Source: Botryllus schlosseri
Taxonomy: Eukaryota
Reading direction: 5' to 3'
Assembly: GCA_051294905.1 (NCBI GenBank)
Contig: CM119379.1
Span: 19,964,001 to 20,028,000, forward strand
DNA length: 64,000 bases
A model generated the notes under the pieces. It did not search any database. It had not been told where the DNA came from and saw nothing but the letters and a program-made list of their open reading frames with translations. Each line of letters opens with the position of its first letter. Within the stretch, counting starts at the first letter, position 1. A program made the translations under genes and the position numbers. Shown here piece by piece: positions 36,751 through 51,700 of the stretch.

Positions 36751-39736
36751 TTAGGTAAATCCACAGCACAAACCAACCAAGCAGGAAGCAACCGGTGATA
36801 TAAAAAGCAGGCATATCAAAAGAGTATAAGAAAAAAATGTAATCATCTCGACGCCAATACGTGACGATGAATAGGACCCGTCGTACGAAATCATCAAAGA
36901 CACAAACACCGAATATGTCAACGTAAAAAGTAAAACACAGAATCTTAATAGTATTGCCCGATATTCTAAGTACGACAGAGATATCTGGCCGTAAGGGTTA
37001 TAAGGCTGCGCCAATCTGTGAGTTATAATGGAAGACGACTTGCTGGTACTCAAAATCATACTTTGTACGTCCTCGGGTATGGTGATCCTGATTTTCTGTT
37101 TCGAAATGGGATCAACGCAATATCTTTGCAAACGCCTGGCCCCACTTTCCTCATCCACATTGCGACGAGAATTACTGTTGGCCGGAAAGTTTTGATAAAT
37201 AACGTTGACTTTTAGGTCGTCTCCGATAGCTTCCAGATTGGAGGACGGTCTTACAACTTTTCCTTCACTTTTCGATGGAGACAGGGAATGGAACACTCGG
37301 TTCTGAAAAAGATGAGGAAGGAATTTTGTAGGAAATCCGACATCATCGATTTTAAAGCGGAAAACACTGTATTCACGAGATATCAGCAAGGAATTAGCCC
37401 TCATTGGTACTATAGTAAAAGTAGAAGTAACGTTGTAAATTTCTACTCAAGTAGAAGTAGGGATTTCCGAGTAAATATAAAGTATTCTAGGCCCAGTTTT
37501 GCTTAAAAAACTGATAAATGTCAGTTGGAAGTAGCATAAAATCGTGATCATTTGGGTGAGTAGCACAAGTATGCAAAATCTACTTGGAGTACTTTCAATG
37601 GTACAAGTATTTCGTTACTGACCACCTTTGGATTTGGACGACAAAAACAGAATCCAAATCCATGCTAATATCAACCGTAGACAGCAATACGCCTATTTTT
37701 CAGCGGGGCTGACGGAATGCGTTGACTCCAAATCATCCCAACACTGAAGCACAGCGCACTGGTGATTACTGTTCTCCTCAAAATTTATTGTGCTCTCTTT
37801 AAATAGAATGGTTATCACAAGATACCTACAAGTCTGGCGACCAAACGCAACCTGTAACAACGCACTGCTACTCTTTCGAAGCGCCCAAGTAGATTTTCAT
37901 ACTTGATCATTGCACAACTTCCTCAAGTTGTGATTTTGAACATCTTCCACTTCTACTCGACAGTTTTCTAGACAAAACTAGGCCTAGAATAATTTTTCTC
38001 TACAAAATTGCTACTTCCACGTCTAGTTTAGTCCCAATCATGTCTAATTGTTCACCTCTGTTGGCTACTAACACCACTAGCTGAGCACCACGAATGTGTC
38101 AACATGACACTGCGATATTATATCCACAACGCATACCTTCTCATCAAATTCTTGCAAGAACAATGAAGATGGTATCCTCGTCACTGTGGTTTCCCTGATT
38201 ACGTGGGTGGGAAATATAGTGCTCTCTCCCAGCTCCCCGCGAAAGTGAATTTCATCGGTCCCAATAGCTTTATCTGATTTATTATCACGATTGGCATCGC
38301 CCGCGGGACCCCCCGGTTCCGGCATATCAGTCTTCCTCTGGTACGGCACCGTGTTTTTGACACAACGACAAACCGAGAGAAAAGCCATCAGCCACAGATG
38401 AAGAGCAACCAGCACGGGGTGAGTCCCTTGCCAGTAGCTGAAAGGATCTTCCATGACGCGTTTCCATTTTCCGGCCCACCGTTCCAAAAGCATTATTCCG
38501 ACCGCAGATATCAGCGTAGTGACGAGGAACATGATTGCTTTCGTCGCCGATATGTAGCTTCCTAATAAATTTCGTACAAGCCCCGTGTCTTCGGATACAA
38601 AATAAATATCGGGATCTTCCATGCCATGATACAGAACGTCGACGTAGAAGCTGTTGGCCACAACAAAGCAGAACACACACATTTTCTCAAACCGAGAGAA
38701 ATTAGAAGTGATAGGCTGAGTGACGTTGCTCTTCGAAAATAAGCACAGCCACGGTATGCGACTCATGAGCATCGCCAGTCTATCGCGATATTTCGAAAGC
38801 CTTTTCATCACGAAAGATTGCCTTCTCGGCTCCAGACACAAAGTTTTAGGCACCGCGTGCTGAAGTAACGCACCGCATGGCTTAAATCTCATCCATCTAT
38901 TTAGGACGGATTTTATGGAAGACGCACTTCTCCAACATAGCCTTTGACCCGTCGATGGATTTTTAACATCCACCTCACTGATGACCATAAGATCTCGAGC
39001 CGAATCCTGTCCAAAGGTAGAGTTACTCTGGCTTTTTTGCGTGGCAACATCATCCGTCCTTTGTGCATCTCCCGAACAATGATCGCAAGCTATCTCTTCA
39101 GCGTTTATGACATCATTGAAGTCTTTTTTCAGTGTGTTGCTAACAGCGACCATTTGAATTTTTGTTATGACGGCAGTGTTCATCGGTAAGTGTAATCCGA
39201 CCGTATCGGTGAAACCAGGCCTTAAAAACAAATGGAGATAATATAGTATACCATTCCCACCTGCAATGATGATGTACCTAAGCAGTCCTTTACAGGAATG
39301 GCGAACCCACACCCAAGGTTCGTCACTGTTATCATTTTCCGTGACGATATGAAACAGAAGGTCGACATCGGATAGCTTTCTTTTCCATGCAGTCTTAATG
39401 TTCACTTGCAAGGAGGACTTTTCACTCTCCTGCTTTTCATCAGAAGAAATGAATACAATGTATCTCTGAACACGCAAGATACATCATCAGTACTTGAAAA
39501 AGACAGTGCCACAATGTTATCATACTTTCCACCTGTCCTTCACGTCTAGAATATAAGCTTGATACAGCAAGCAACCCAAAACAGCATACAATGCGATAAT
39601 AAACCCTGGTATTTCAAACGATATCATATTGCTGCTTTGACTGTATACACACTGAATTGGTGCGCCGTATACGGAAAAGCGGTACACGATAGGCTGTATC
39701 TTGAGTATGGTTTGTGAGATACGCAATCGTATATAC
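36751..39736 (-). CDS. Polycystin-1-like TM1, divergent PLAT and TM2-5 region of the giant gene
   Basis: TM1 IPGFIIALYAVLGCLLYQAYILDVKD. PLAT begins RYIVFISS and includes VISEVDVKNPSTGQ. PWLCLFSKS...NFSRFEKMCVFCFVV...VLYHG corresponds to the PKD1L HLWxSVFxRP...FTRVQR motif. The last exon has two TM helices and then a stop. Confidence 0.78.
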
Positions 39737-42700
39737 CTGAACAGAACACATTTCAATATGACAGACCATTAAAATACAAAGACCGCATAAAAAATTGCCT
39801 CGTTTGAAAAGTCGCAAAGTTGTAGAACACGGGCGGATATTTGATTGATCCATTGTAAACGTGGAATGGTTCAAGCGCAACCCAACCATCACCGTTCAGT
39901 GACATGTCGATGGCAAAAGTCTGAAAAACAAAATCATTTTGCGCACAAGGCTTGCAGAAAAGTTGGTGCAGCGTGAAAGAATTCAGAAAGTAGAATTTCA
40001 TGAGCTGTATGACAATAAATCGATGCATCAAGTGAGGTTTGGCCACATTTTTTGCTTGCATTCTTTGCGTGAACAATCGTAAGGCATGAAGTAGGTTATC
40101 TTTTAACGTATTGCATAGTCACCTAAAATGTACAATGTAATGTTGATGAATTGTTTTGTTAGCAAGTTATTATAATTAAGTCATTATAATGGCAGTGAAT
40201 ATCTCCTGTGAATACTAGAATTCTAAAGCACACTCAAATCTTATAAGTTACTCAGGGCGTAAATGTTTACCCGCTGGAGCTCATAGACACCACGGCTGTA
40301 TTTCTGTAAAATACCAGAGTGAAAAATATCAAATGGGTCAGTCAGTATAGTTAGTTTCATGGGTTGCAGCTATGAGCATATGGCTGTACTGCTGTCAAAT
40401 AACCAGCAATGTGGTTAATTAATGGTGACAATTTTGTAAAGGGTTGCAGTTATATCATCTGATTTCAGCCAAAAGTAGTAGGATAGCATCTTATGAAATA
40501 CGTCAGAGTCGGGGCTGTTGTGCCCTTGTGGCAATTCATGTTTTCATTTTTTATATCTTTGTAATAAATATCGCATAATTTTCAAACAACTTGCTTCAAT
40601 TCCTGCTCTAAAGCCCATATTATAATTCTTCAGTAAAGTGATATTAGATAACACACCTACCTTGCTTCCCTGCTTCAAGGCTGGCAGTATCACTATATGT
40701 AATCGCTGATCAGTGATCATTATCAAAGCAATATCTTGATAAGTGATACCGAGTGTTTGCAATGCAATATTGAACGGAACTGTACCTTCACATCGTTTGC
40801 CAAATTATCAGACGTGTCAAGCCGTAAGCTGGCAACGGCATAATCATTATCGAGGTCCCACTCTACAGTCCACTCATCCTTATCGTTTAAAATCATCTGT
40901 GAAACATAAAAGTAATATAATCCGGGTTACGATGTTGACTTTCACAATTGCCCTACATCGGCCGGTCTCCAGTACGTGTAGGGATCTCCATCAAACATCT
41001 TCCATTCGTCGCAAATCACACCGGTGACCTCGTCAATATACGGCGCGTGCGGGCTTGTTATGTGGTCTCTGACAGCCGGAAGCAACCACTCTCCAGAGCC
41101 CGTCACAGTCAGATGCTGAAGCCAAAGAAAGTAGACCAGTGATTATAAACGGTTGCACTAAATTACCCTTTCAAAGCCAGTATTTACAATTTTTTTTATG
41201 GCACAGCGATCAATGCTACGATTTCGTTACCTGATCCGCAGCGCAATGAGAAGCAAGCATCGTTTGTGAATCAGCCGTGTAGGAATCCGAAATTGACGAC
41301 CTGATCTTCGAAAGAAGTCTCGATGCCACTAACAGTCGTGGCGTCGGCGTTAAGAAATTATTCGTCTCCTGCCGTATCCCAAGTATGAAATCTTCAATGC
41401 TCGAACCGACGGTGGGTTCTGGAATCGCGGAGTATGTAAAACTGCTTGTCAAAACATACAGTGATCTTACCGATACAGCGTACGGTAGCAAGCGATGGAT
41501 GCCAAGTTCCGTTAGATGTGCACGTCCCAATGACGGTCCTAACGCCACTAGTTGATATCCAAGCTCCCGTCAAATCTTGTTTGTCAGCCATGTAATATCC
41601 ATAATTGCATGTGATTTGGATTCGGGCGGTAACGGAATAATTCCCAACACCCGATAAGTCCGTTCGCGACGCGGAACTGATGACGCCCGGATCAGAACAC
41701 TTGATTTCTGCCGACAGAAATCTCAAGTCGATCAATCCCGATTTCACATGCAATATCAGCAATGAGTCGAGAGCAAAAATGAATGCATTATTGACAAGAA
41801 TTTTTTCTTTCGACAGAGTGCAAGTATCATGAAGTACAGTCATCGGTGACAAGGATATTGCCGCACAATGAAAGGATAAACTTTCTAATTACAGGCTAGA
41901 TTTGGGCACAATGACAGCATACGACATTTCGGCACCATGCTGTCTTAACATGAGTAGAGGTGGTCAGTAATGAAGTACTGACATTAATTACTAGAGTGGG
42001 TATGTTTTTTAGACCACTTCCAGTTTTCAAGGCAAAATTGCCTTCTTACACTTTCTCCAAATAGTTTGGGGTATATTTAAAGAGTTTTCAAGGCAAAACT
42101 GTTTACTTCTCACACTTTCGATTAAATGGTTTTGGGGTATAGTCATAACATTTGTGGGAAATAGCTCTGGTAACAGAATTTATTTATAAAATTACACATA
42201 TTTAGAGTATCACTGGTGCGTTAGTCGCTAAGGTGCAATTTCCAATTCGGGAAGTGGTCACCTCCGATTAACTGCTTAAAGTATGCAACCTATCGATCAA
42301 ACTTTTCTTCTACTTTTGCTTGAGTAACAATACTGATTACTTCAACCACTCCTGATCATATGGCTGTCGACTTGAAGCGATTTTTCTATTAACAATCGTC
42401 TTATGCCCCTTTCAAAATATTTCCAAATGACGTTCCCATAGAATAGTAGTTCGCAACAAAAACGTATGCAGTACTTGAACAAACGAAAGTTTGCTCCGGT
42501 TTCCAAGTGGCTTCATGCGAGCATGTCGTCGCGATCGACGTGACTCCGGGCCGGATAAAATAGCCGTAACGGCAAGTGTACTTTGCCACGGTCATGTAGG
42601 AATGCTTTCCGGACCAATATCGAACGGCGTCCTTCAATGCCACCGGATCTGGACAGGCAAGCCCTGAAGATAATAGTACAAAACCTCTCAGCACAAGGCA

Positions 42701-45700
42701 CAAGAAATAACCTGGAGCTGGTTGTGGTATAAAAATCGCTATAGGATCAGAAACTTCAAAAGCGAGTCTAGTTTGGTAGATGGATTTGGAGAAGTTCATT
42801 TAGCAGTTTGGGATGATAGGTTTAAACCAAAAATTCACAACTTTCGAAACTTCATCATTGACATGACTTGATGTACAATAGCTAATAATGCAACGGCCAT
42901 TTACTGATAAAAAGTCAATGCAAATCTCAAAACTAATAATGAAATTTTTATGTGTATACATGCAGCCAAATGGAGTACTGCTATTGGCATGTATTACTGG
43001 TATTGGCTGGTAGAACAATAACATAACAATTTTGATCACGGCTCATCTTACTTTCACATCTAGCGACCGAAATGTCATCACTCCACGTTCCGTTTTCCAA
43101 GCAAATAGCAGACATATATCCAACGTCAACATCCATCATCAGATAGCCGTGGGCGCAGAATGATTTCGCTTCATTCATGTAATAAAAATGTTGCGATGTT
43201 CCAATCCACACTCCACCGGTGATGTATCCATGGCTTGGAGGCAATGGCCGCATGCATTTGATCTCTATTTAAACATACCGGGATTCAATTCTCAGACAAC
43301 CTCAAGCCAGTTTGAAGTACCAACATTAAACTGTACAATCTCTCCTATTTGAAGAGACTATCAGAGGTAAAGAATTTCAATATGCAATTGAATAATATAT
43401 TCTTATATCTCTTATGCGGGGCGAGAACGGGCTTTGAGCACTGAGCAGTCACGGATAAAACATTTTATAAAGTGAGTGGAAAATTATGCGGGACAATCAA
43501 CGATTAAATATACCGGTGGATTGGACATTTCGATTGAACGTATTTTCCATGTTCTGAATTCACTCGATCTGCTAACCCCAATTTAACAAACCTGCGGAAA
43601 AGCGTCTTGTATGTTGACCAAAAGGACTCAAAACAAAACCAAAAGTAGGATTATTTCAGGCGACGTTCATTAAGCTGGCTAAGGCATTGCAGGATTATAA
43701 TATGATAATAGAACACAGAATTGGGATTCGATTCGCACCCACTGAACATACCCTATTGAAATTAATTTAAGATACCAGAATTAGATACTAATTATATAAT
43801 ACAATCAAGGGATTATTACTCCTGAGTCCTTGGAAATTATAATATTTGTCTACGGTTATGGAAATGAAGTATCCAATTTTGATGAATTTCCGCCCAGGGC
43901 AATTCCATCCTTCTTGGGAGCCACTACAAATATAGCTTCAACAGATACGGAAGTGTGCAATAGTAACAACGTAAAGACTAATGGCTAACAATGCCTACTA
44001 TCTCACTTTTACATTTGATATCGATCGGGTTCGGTTGCCAATTCACTCGGTCGACACATTTCGATTGTACGAACCGCATGAAACCGTTCAAAACCAAGCC
44101 TGCGTTACCTGTGTCGACCACGTAACCTAAAAAGACATTCTTTTAGAACAACGCCAACTGCCAACATAAAACAGCGCACCTTCAAGGCATGTGTAATTTG
44201 CTACCGCTCCAACAGTGTACTTCCCGACACTTTGTACGGCATTATCCACCAGCTGTGGCGGTCCACAATCATATACTGTCAATAAAAATCAGATAGTAAC
44301 ACGAGATAGAACAGAAAATTCTATATCATCTACGAACGTGAGCAAACCAAGTCTTTCGGGTCAGGGTGCCACTGTTGATCGTCCGAGCATTGAATTGTTT
44401 CCGTGTCCCACTCTGGATCCTTCTTTTGATCAAAATAATGACCGTCGATACAAGTCACGATCACCTCATCTTCATATTTATATTCAATTCCCGTAAGAGT
44501 GCTGTTATCTGGCTGATAAGGCTTGCGGCATTGTATTCCTGGAAGGGTAAAGGGCTTGTGTGAGCGATGCAGAGATGCAGAGCGGATTTGTGGTACGAGG
44601 AACTTGAATAACATATTTGTCGCAATAACATTTAGTCTTCGAAGCATTGATAGAAATATAGCAAATCAAGCAGATATAGAGTATGTAATTCAAAGATGCT
44701 GTGTGAATTAGGTCATGGCGAGAGCATTCAAATGTCTATACAACCCGAGCCTAGTGATGAAAGACACACAACAAATAGATATGGTCAGACCATTCATGGA
44801 ATATCTTTTACAATATTCAGATGGCACCAAACCTCCTTCTGGCGACATCAGCTGGGCTTAAGGCAAGATTTTGATGAATAAAAATAACAATTGATCCAAA
44901 AATATCGAGGTGAAAAAAAAAGAATGAGACTCGGAAAAAAACAATGAAATTGTTAGCTTATCAATATATTGTGTAGCACAATCTGGATTCCGTAACATGT
45001 GTTGACCAATTGATGAAACATATGAATGCATGAATGAGAAAGGGTTGACTTATTAAACCTTGACTATCCTGAGAAGGTTTGCAATAACTAAGAACAGAAA
45101 GAACTTTCCATATTGCAACTTTACTTACTTTGACAATTCAGAACCGAGACGCTCATATCCCATTCTTTATTGGCCTGGCATTTGGTAGATATCGACGTCG
45201 AAAATTCGCCAGAGTGCGGGTTTTGAAATATGAAGCCTTTGTCGCACGTGTAAGTGACAATGCTCTCGAACCGAAAATCATTTCCGTGCCTCACGCCGTT
45301 TGGTATGACGAGAGGCAACGAAGGGCAATGCATCACTGAGGAAATTAAAGAACATTTTTGAAGTTGACTCGACTTGAGCTTTACAAACATCTCGCAATCC
45401 AAGCCTTGGACATTGAAAAAATGCGCTATCAATGATACCATGATACATTTTCAGCAGGTCTGTATGAAAAAGACAATCCACACACTGCCAGTGGATAAAA
45501 CAACCGTTGTTGATTCGGGCCATGTAGGTAACATTGGGCCAGAGCCCTGTCGGAAACCGACATGTTTATTTCAGTCTGTATGAAAACCAGTACAAGTTAT
45601 ATATGTTTGCTTAATCGTGTGGTCAGTGCACCAGACATATTTTTCAAAATCTAAACCAACTAGCCAACCTGGATTTTGGTCTCGCAGCTATTCGGATAAG

Positions 45701-48700
45701 GCGATCTATCATTGGCATAAGAAGTTACAATTTTTTCGTTGAGGTGAATCTCCAAGTCCAGAATTGAGCCCGTGAATTGGTCACAATATGCACTTTGCGA
45801 TTTTGGAATAGGTATCGAGCCAATAACAGTAGCAAATTGGGAGGTAGTTGGTCAGATTAACTACCCACATCCCGAGCAATATGATGTATCCTAGTCCATT
45901 TGGACAATCTTAGCGAAAACTGAGAACAGCATATCATATACAAGATCTATGCAAGACCAATTAAACCTTATTCCTGCAAAATTTTAAGTGGGCACAAATC
46001 CAAAACGTAATTGAAAATATATATAAGCTATATGTCGTGATTGGTCCTCTACAGACAGCGCAAAGGAAAATTAGGCATTGGAGACGCATACCGACACAGG
46101 CGAATATCGTCGGGTTAGGTGTCCACGTTTTATATTTGTCACACTTCACTTGCAGCACACCGCTACCAAAGGAATAATGCGTGGGATGGATTCTGTATCC
46201 CGGCTTGCAAGTATAAGTGGCGACAGCATGTAGCGAGGTAGTGGCATTGACCAATTCCAAAGTAGTTCCCTCGATGTCGTCTGGTATGCCACAATCGACA
46301 CCTGTACCAAATATGATGGTATTTATTCAGAATAAGTTCCAGGGTTACGAGGGATACCTTCACAAAGTATCTGACTCGGGACAGTCGTCCAATCGCCATC
46401 TATTTTGCACGTAACCGAATAATATCCGTTGGATGGAGCGATGCTGAATTGATAGCCCATTTCACAGTCAAACATGGCTGTTTCACCAACTAAGTACTCT
46501 TTCTTGTTCGAAGGTGATGACGCAACTTTACTGTTGCGAGGTAATTCGGGATCAATGCAAGTCACGGCTAAATAGGAATACCAACAGCATCAGGTATGAG
46601 AAATATTTTGCATAAACTATCCATTCAATTACATAAAATATTAAAATTGTTAATCATATCCATTACAAAATAGTCGGATGATACCAGGTTAAACCAAATT
46701 CAGGCAAATTAATTTTCTCCCATAATTAATACTAGGCGTTGGAAAAATCTGAAAATCTAAGAGCAAATCCATCAACACTATTTAGTTGGATTGCAAACTC
46801 ACCAAAATGCCACCAACACAATGCGATGATTAATTTGATATTAAATTTTATAGTTGCAGCTTGTAGTGGTTTCATAGTTTGGAATGGAGTGTGAAAAATA
46901 GATAGCGGATTGATTAAAGACTCAATGACGCTTGAACGCTACGAGTTAGATGCTGATCTGTACCCTAATTACAATACCATACCGTTGATGACAAACAAAA
47001 TCATTACTGAACTTACGAACACAAGCGGGTACAGACGATGGGTCGGGATCCCAATTACCAGACTCGTCGCACACCGCTTCAACAAAATCAAGGTCTCTAC
47101 CCATCCAGTAACCTGCCAGAGACGCAACATACATGCGGACAAATCAAGGCATTTAGAAAATCAACCGCAGTACCGGCGGGGCATTTGAACTTGATCGTGC
47201 TTTTGTATTGGCTTCCCGCGCCGGCTTCGATCGAATGAGAAGACGTCGTTATAGCTTGCGGATCTTGGCAAGTCGCGACTTCATACAATGCATGTATAAA
47301 AATCAAAGACACAAAGTAATATCTCATTAAATTCATTACCTTGACAGTCCACGATAGCGTTATCGGAAACCCAGTATCCAGCTTCACCACATCTAGCGAC
47401 CTGCTCTTGTAGCTTCGAGGTTCCGTCGTATGCATAATGCCCAACGAGGCATCTGTACATCAGCACTGATGTATACACAGATCCGTTACCGTGCAATTTC
47501 GTATTTTCCGGCTGTCTGTCGAGTCCGCAGACTATTGCTACACGAATAAGTGAAAATTAGACGACGAAAACTTGTGAGAACCTACAATCCGCGGTCACAT
47601 ACGATTACACTGAATGGCTCGGGGATCTGGATTCCAAGTCGCGAGCTTTGTACACTGAATTGTGGTAGAGACAACTCCTTCTTTTATGACAAACCCTTTT
47701 TCGCATGTAATCATGACAATGGTGTCCAAGGTATAGTCGCTCGACACTTTGGAGAGAAATGCGTTTGCGGGAACAGAAGGAGGCTGACACAGAACAGCTG
47801 GAAAAGAGTTCACAATTATAAATAAAAGTGATGTCGTCTAGCTATAGAACATAGGCTACTATAAATCAATTTAGCTCACCGTATTGGCAAGAATACAGAT
47901 GTACATGAGCTCATGCTATGAGGCTTTACATGTATCAAACGTCGCTATGAATTTCAAAATTCAATTATTTACCAACATTTAATCAATTCTTCTTGCAATA
48001 CCCAAGAGTCGCATAGTTTAGGTTAACATGCGGTCCAGATCAATTTATGATAAGCAGTCAACATGGATATCGATAAGAAAAACCAAGGACAGATGGTACA
48101 ATATTTTTGATTTCTCAAACTTCAAATCTTTACTACATCTGCGTTTATAACAGGCTCACACCCAATAGCAGGATTAGCCTAGATAAGTTTTTTTATTTTT
48201 ATTCAGATCGACAGAACCGGGATTGTAGTTTCTGTGAAGTAGGAACGCAGTCTGACCTCACTGAATCCTCTCAGAATTCTATCGCAACCTTTTAATTAAG
48301 ATGGTAGGGATCATAGAGTAGCATATTCAATTCAGGGCTGTATTAGTATTAGAGTGGAACAGACCGTACCATTCACATTGCTTGACTCACTTTCACATTT
48401 GATGAGTTTCGGATCGGGACGCCACTGTGTATCCGCACTGCACACAATATCTGCACTAGTCTCACTAGCCGGTGAGTTTGATGTCTAGAAACACAGAGAA
48501 CGCTACAGATCAAGTTTCTGGAGATCGAGTCTTGTCACATTACCCGAAGCGTCGAGGGAAGCGATATCAAAAATGACGGGTCACACTGTACGACTTTGAG
48601 AGCGCCAAATAAATTGCTGTTCCCAACGGAATACGTTGCATTTGCGACATCCTCGGGTTCGCCACAATCCACTTCTGCAAAAAATGAGTTTAAATGATGG

Positions 48701-51700
48701 CTCATCGATCATATATACTTCTTCAATAGTATAGCTCTATTGAGACATGCATATTACGTGAGCTATATAAAGTTATTTAGAGGAACCAAGAAGAAATATT
48801 ATGGTACCAGAAAAAGTATATAATTCTCGAGCATATAAACTTCTTCTAGCCATGACTGACATCTCAACCTTTTCTCAAACAGTGAATTCATGCATCGAAA
48901 TGGAGTACGGAATCAAGGAAGTCTAGAATGTCATACTTTCGCATGAGAATGTCGCTGGGTCGGGTGACCATGACCCGTCAAACTGGCACTGAATTGGAAT
49001 TTTGTAGACACTCGGTGAAAACCAGTAGCCGTCATAACAGTGTATATCTATGACGGTGTTATAAACGAAAGTGTTACTGATATAGTAAGCCAGATCTGGT
49101 ACGTCCTGTGGCGGATCGCATGTGAACATCGATTTATCTGCAAATAAAGAGAACGTGTGTTGATATTCGATACATTCTTGAGAATAAGTGACATACAAAT
49201 TTGCGCAAGAATTGAAATTTAAAAAACTTGAAATTTTATTTTGAATTCAATAAAAATGGCCCTGCATTGGGACACGGATTTGAGCTCTACAATCTTAAAA
49301 CGTCGCTTCATTCTTTTTCCATATATATAGTTATGGACGAATAAATTCAAAATTCGAGTTATTGGATGTATCTTGCTTTGGCATCAATATTCCTCGAAAA
49401 TGAAAAGTTTCTCCTGAATCAACAAATAAATGATCATACCTTGGCACAGTATAGATTCAGGGTTAGGCATCCATAACGAAACATCGGTGCACACAATGTC
49501 AATAAAATTTTGCGTCCTGGATACATAATAGCCAGAGGAGCATTGATATCGGACTTTGGATTTGTAAGTGTAGTCGGTCCCGAGTAACTTTGCGTTGGGT
49601 ACGCTTGGTGGCACCCCACAACTCACACCTGTATCACGCAATCAGTCAATGTGTGAAACATAGCCATGTAAAAAGAAAAAGATTCACCTTTACAAGTAAA
49701 TTCTACGATTTCGAGATCCCAATTTCCGTCAGCCATGCATTTTATTGTAGTTTTCGATATGCCCAGTTTCATATGATAGCCGTGCCAGCAAGATATGAAA
49801 ACAAGACTTTGAAAAGAGAAGTTGTTCCCTTCGAAATCGGCATAGTGAACCCAAAGAGACGGGTCAAAGCATTGGATGTCTGAAAAAGACATTTTTGCAA
49901 GGTTGTAATGACTCGAGTCATTGTCTATGACTCCAACCAAGTCATATGACTTGAGACTAGGAGGGCCAAGACAGACATTTCATTGTAACTTCGAAGAATA
50001 GTAAAGTTATCATATTATTGGTATTTCGTCTATCAGTTCTAATACTTGGAAAATAGAGCCAGAAACTATTAAAACTTAAGAAAATTACTATACAATGAAG
50101 GCGAGCCAGTCTATATCACTCCATAAGAGGTGAAAAAAGTGGGTTGAAACGGATTGAACTGAAAACTGAACATAATGACTTGGACTCGACTCAAAACGCT
50201 ATAATCCGGACTCGAACCTCTATTAGCGGACTTGGACTTGACTCGGTGGTGAATTGAAAATGACTCAATTTGACTCAAAACTATAAGAGTGAGAGGGACT
50301 TGCGACTTGGTTACAACCCTGCGTTTTTGACTACTGGGTAATCAGTCTCGAATCTTGATGATGATGAAGAGTAGGGACAGACTCTTGCCGCAAAAGATTT
50401 ATTAGATTACAAGCCTGTAGTCCCAAGCATATCTGAAAAAATGTAGCAGCGAAAAAAGGTTAACTGCGACACTGAGCCTGTTTTGCCTTGGCAAGAATTG
50501 GGATAGAAGAGTTGGCATACGTCTACGATTTACATCGCTTGTCAACGGAGTCATATAGGCCAAGAATGAGGACACACAATTTCTCAAAACTTTAGTTTTC
50601 TTGCATTCGTCATTGAGACACATTTAGAAATCTGAATCTAGGTAAAGCTTTTGGAAAATCAAGTCTGGGATGTCTACATGTGAGTTATAAACTTGGCTAA
50701 GCTACCCTGCTAAAGTGAACTCACAACTATTCTGACCACGTCAGCTAGTTTATACTGAAACAATTTATCTCAGCACTCACCAAAACATTTCATCGGGATA
50801 TTGTTCCATTGCCCATCGGCTTTGCAGACAGCGGTCATTTCGAACACGCCTCTCTCAAACCACGTGCCGAGTCGGCAAATGTACTCCACGGTCTGGCCGT
50901 ACGTGTAGAGCTCGCCTAGTTTGACAGCGTTTTCAACCGGCCCAGGATCACCGCAATCGACCACTGAATTGTGAGGAACAACAAAACTTAAAACATAAAA
51001 AAAACACGAAAAGATACTGGTATAAACACCAGAGGCGGTCAGTAAAAAAGTACCTATACTTTTTACGAGTATTGTGCTACTCACTCAACGGTTATGTTTC
51101 TACTAGTTGCTGACGATTACCCCTGACGAGTGTTAGCCGAAAATATTTGGGTTCATTTCACTATGAATATACTACTCAATTATATATTGAAGTTCTGTAC
51201 CTACAAGAAGCTATTGAAAGTAGAATGTAGTTTCGGGATAAGTTTGCATCATAATTACGAGTGCAATCGTCTGAGGAAGCGAGTGAGATAGCCCCTGTAT
51301 CACGGTAACTAAGCATATTTTCGAAAATTACACCTATTCAAAGTGTGATTGGTCATTTTGCATCAATCGCGAAGCTACATCCTGCAATATTGAATGTGAT
51401 CACTTCCAATGAACTGCTGAAGTGCGTGGACCGTTCCACAAATCTACTTTTGAAACTATGTACTTGAGTACTCTCGGCACGTGTTTGAAATTGCAACTTG
51501 AGTAGCGACACTGACTAATTTCACCTCCTCTGATCAATGCCACAATAAAAGCTGAATTCTTACCGTCGCAATGGATGTCATCTGTCGCGACGCTCCACTT
51601 TCCGTTATCGCCACATTCCAACGTCCACTCATCGGTCATATCGCTGTCCGCATGACCGTGTATACACTTATACACAATCGTGCTTCCAAACGATAAAGAA

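Noticed and set aside
33092-36751. Read-through fusion of the polycystin-like gene into SH3BP5
   Set aside because: The polycystin-like last exon has an in-frame stop, and only a weak upstream donor exists.
41107-41240. HCAADQ|HLT as a GPS autoproteolysis site
   Set aside because: No GAIN-sized domain or CxC/W pattern precedes it, and it is followed by a discoidin domain rather than TM1. Probably coincidental.
43275-43345. Extra small exon
   Set aside because: It contains a stop, and its donor is only 14 nt from the next acceptor.
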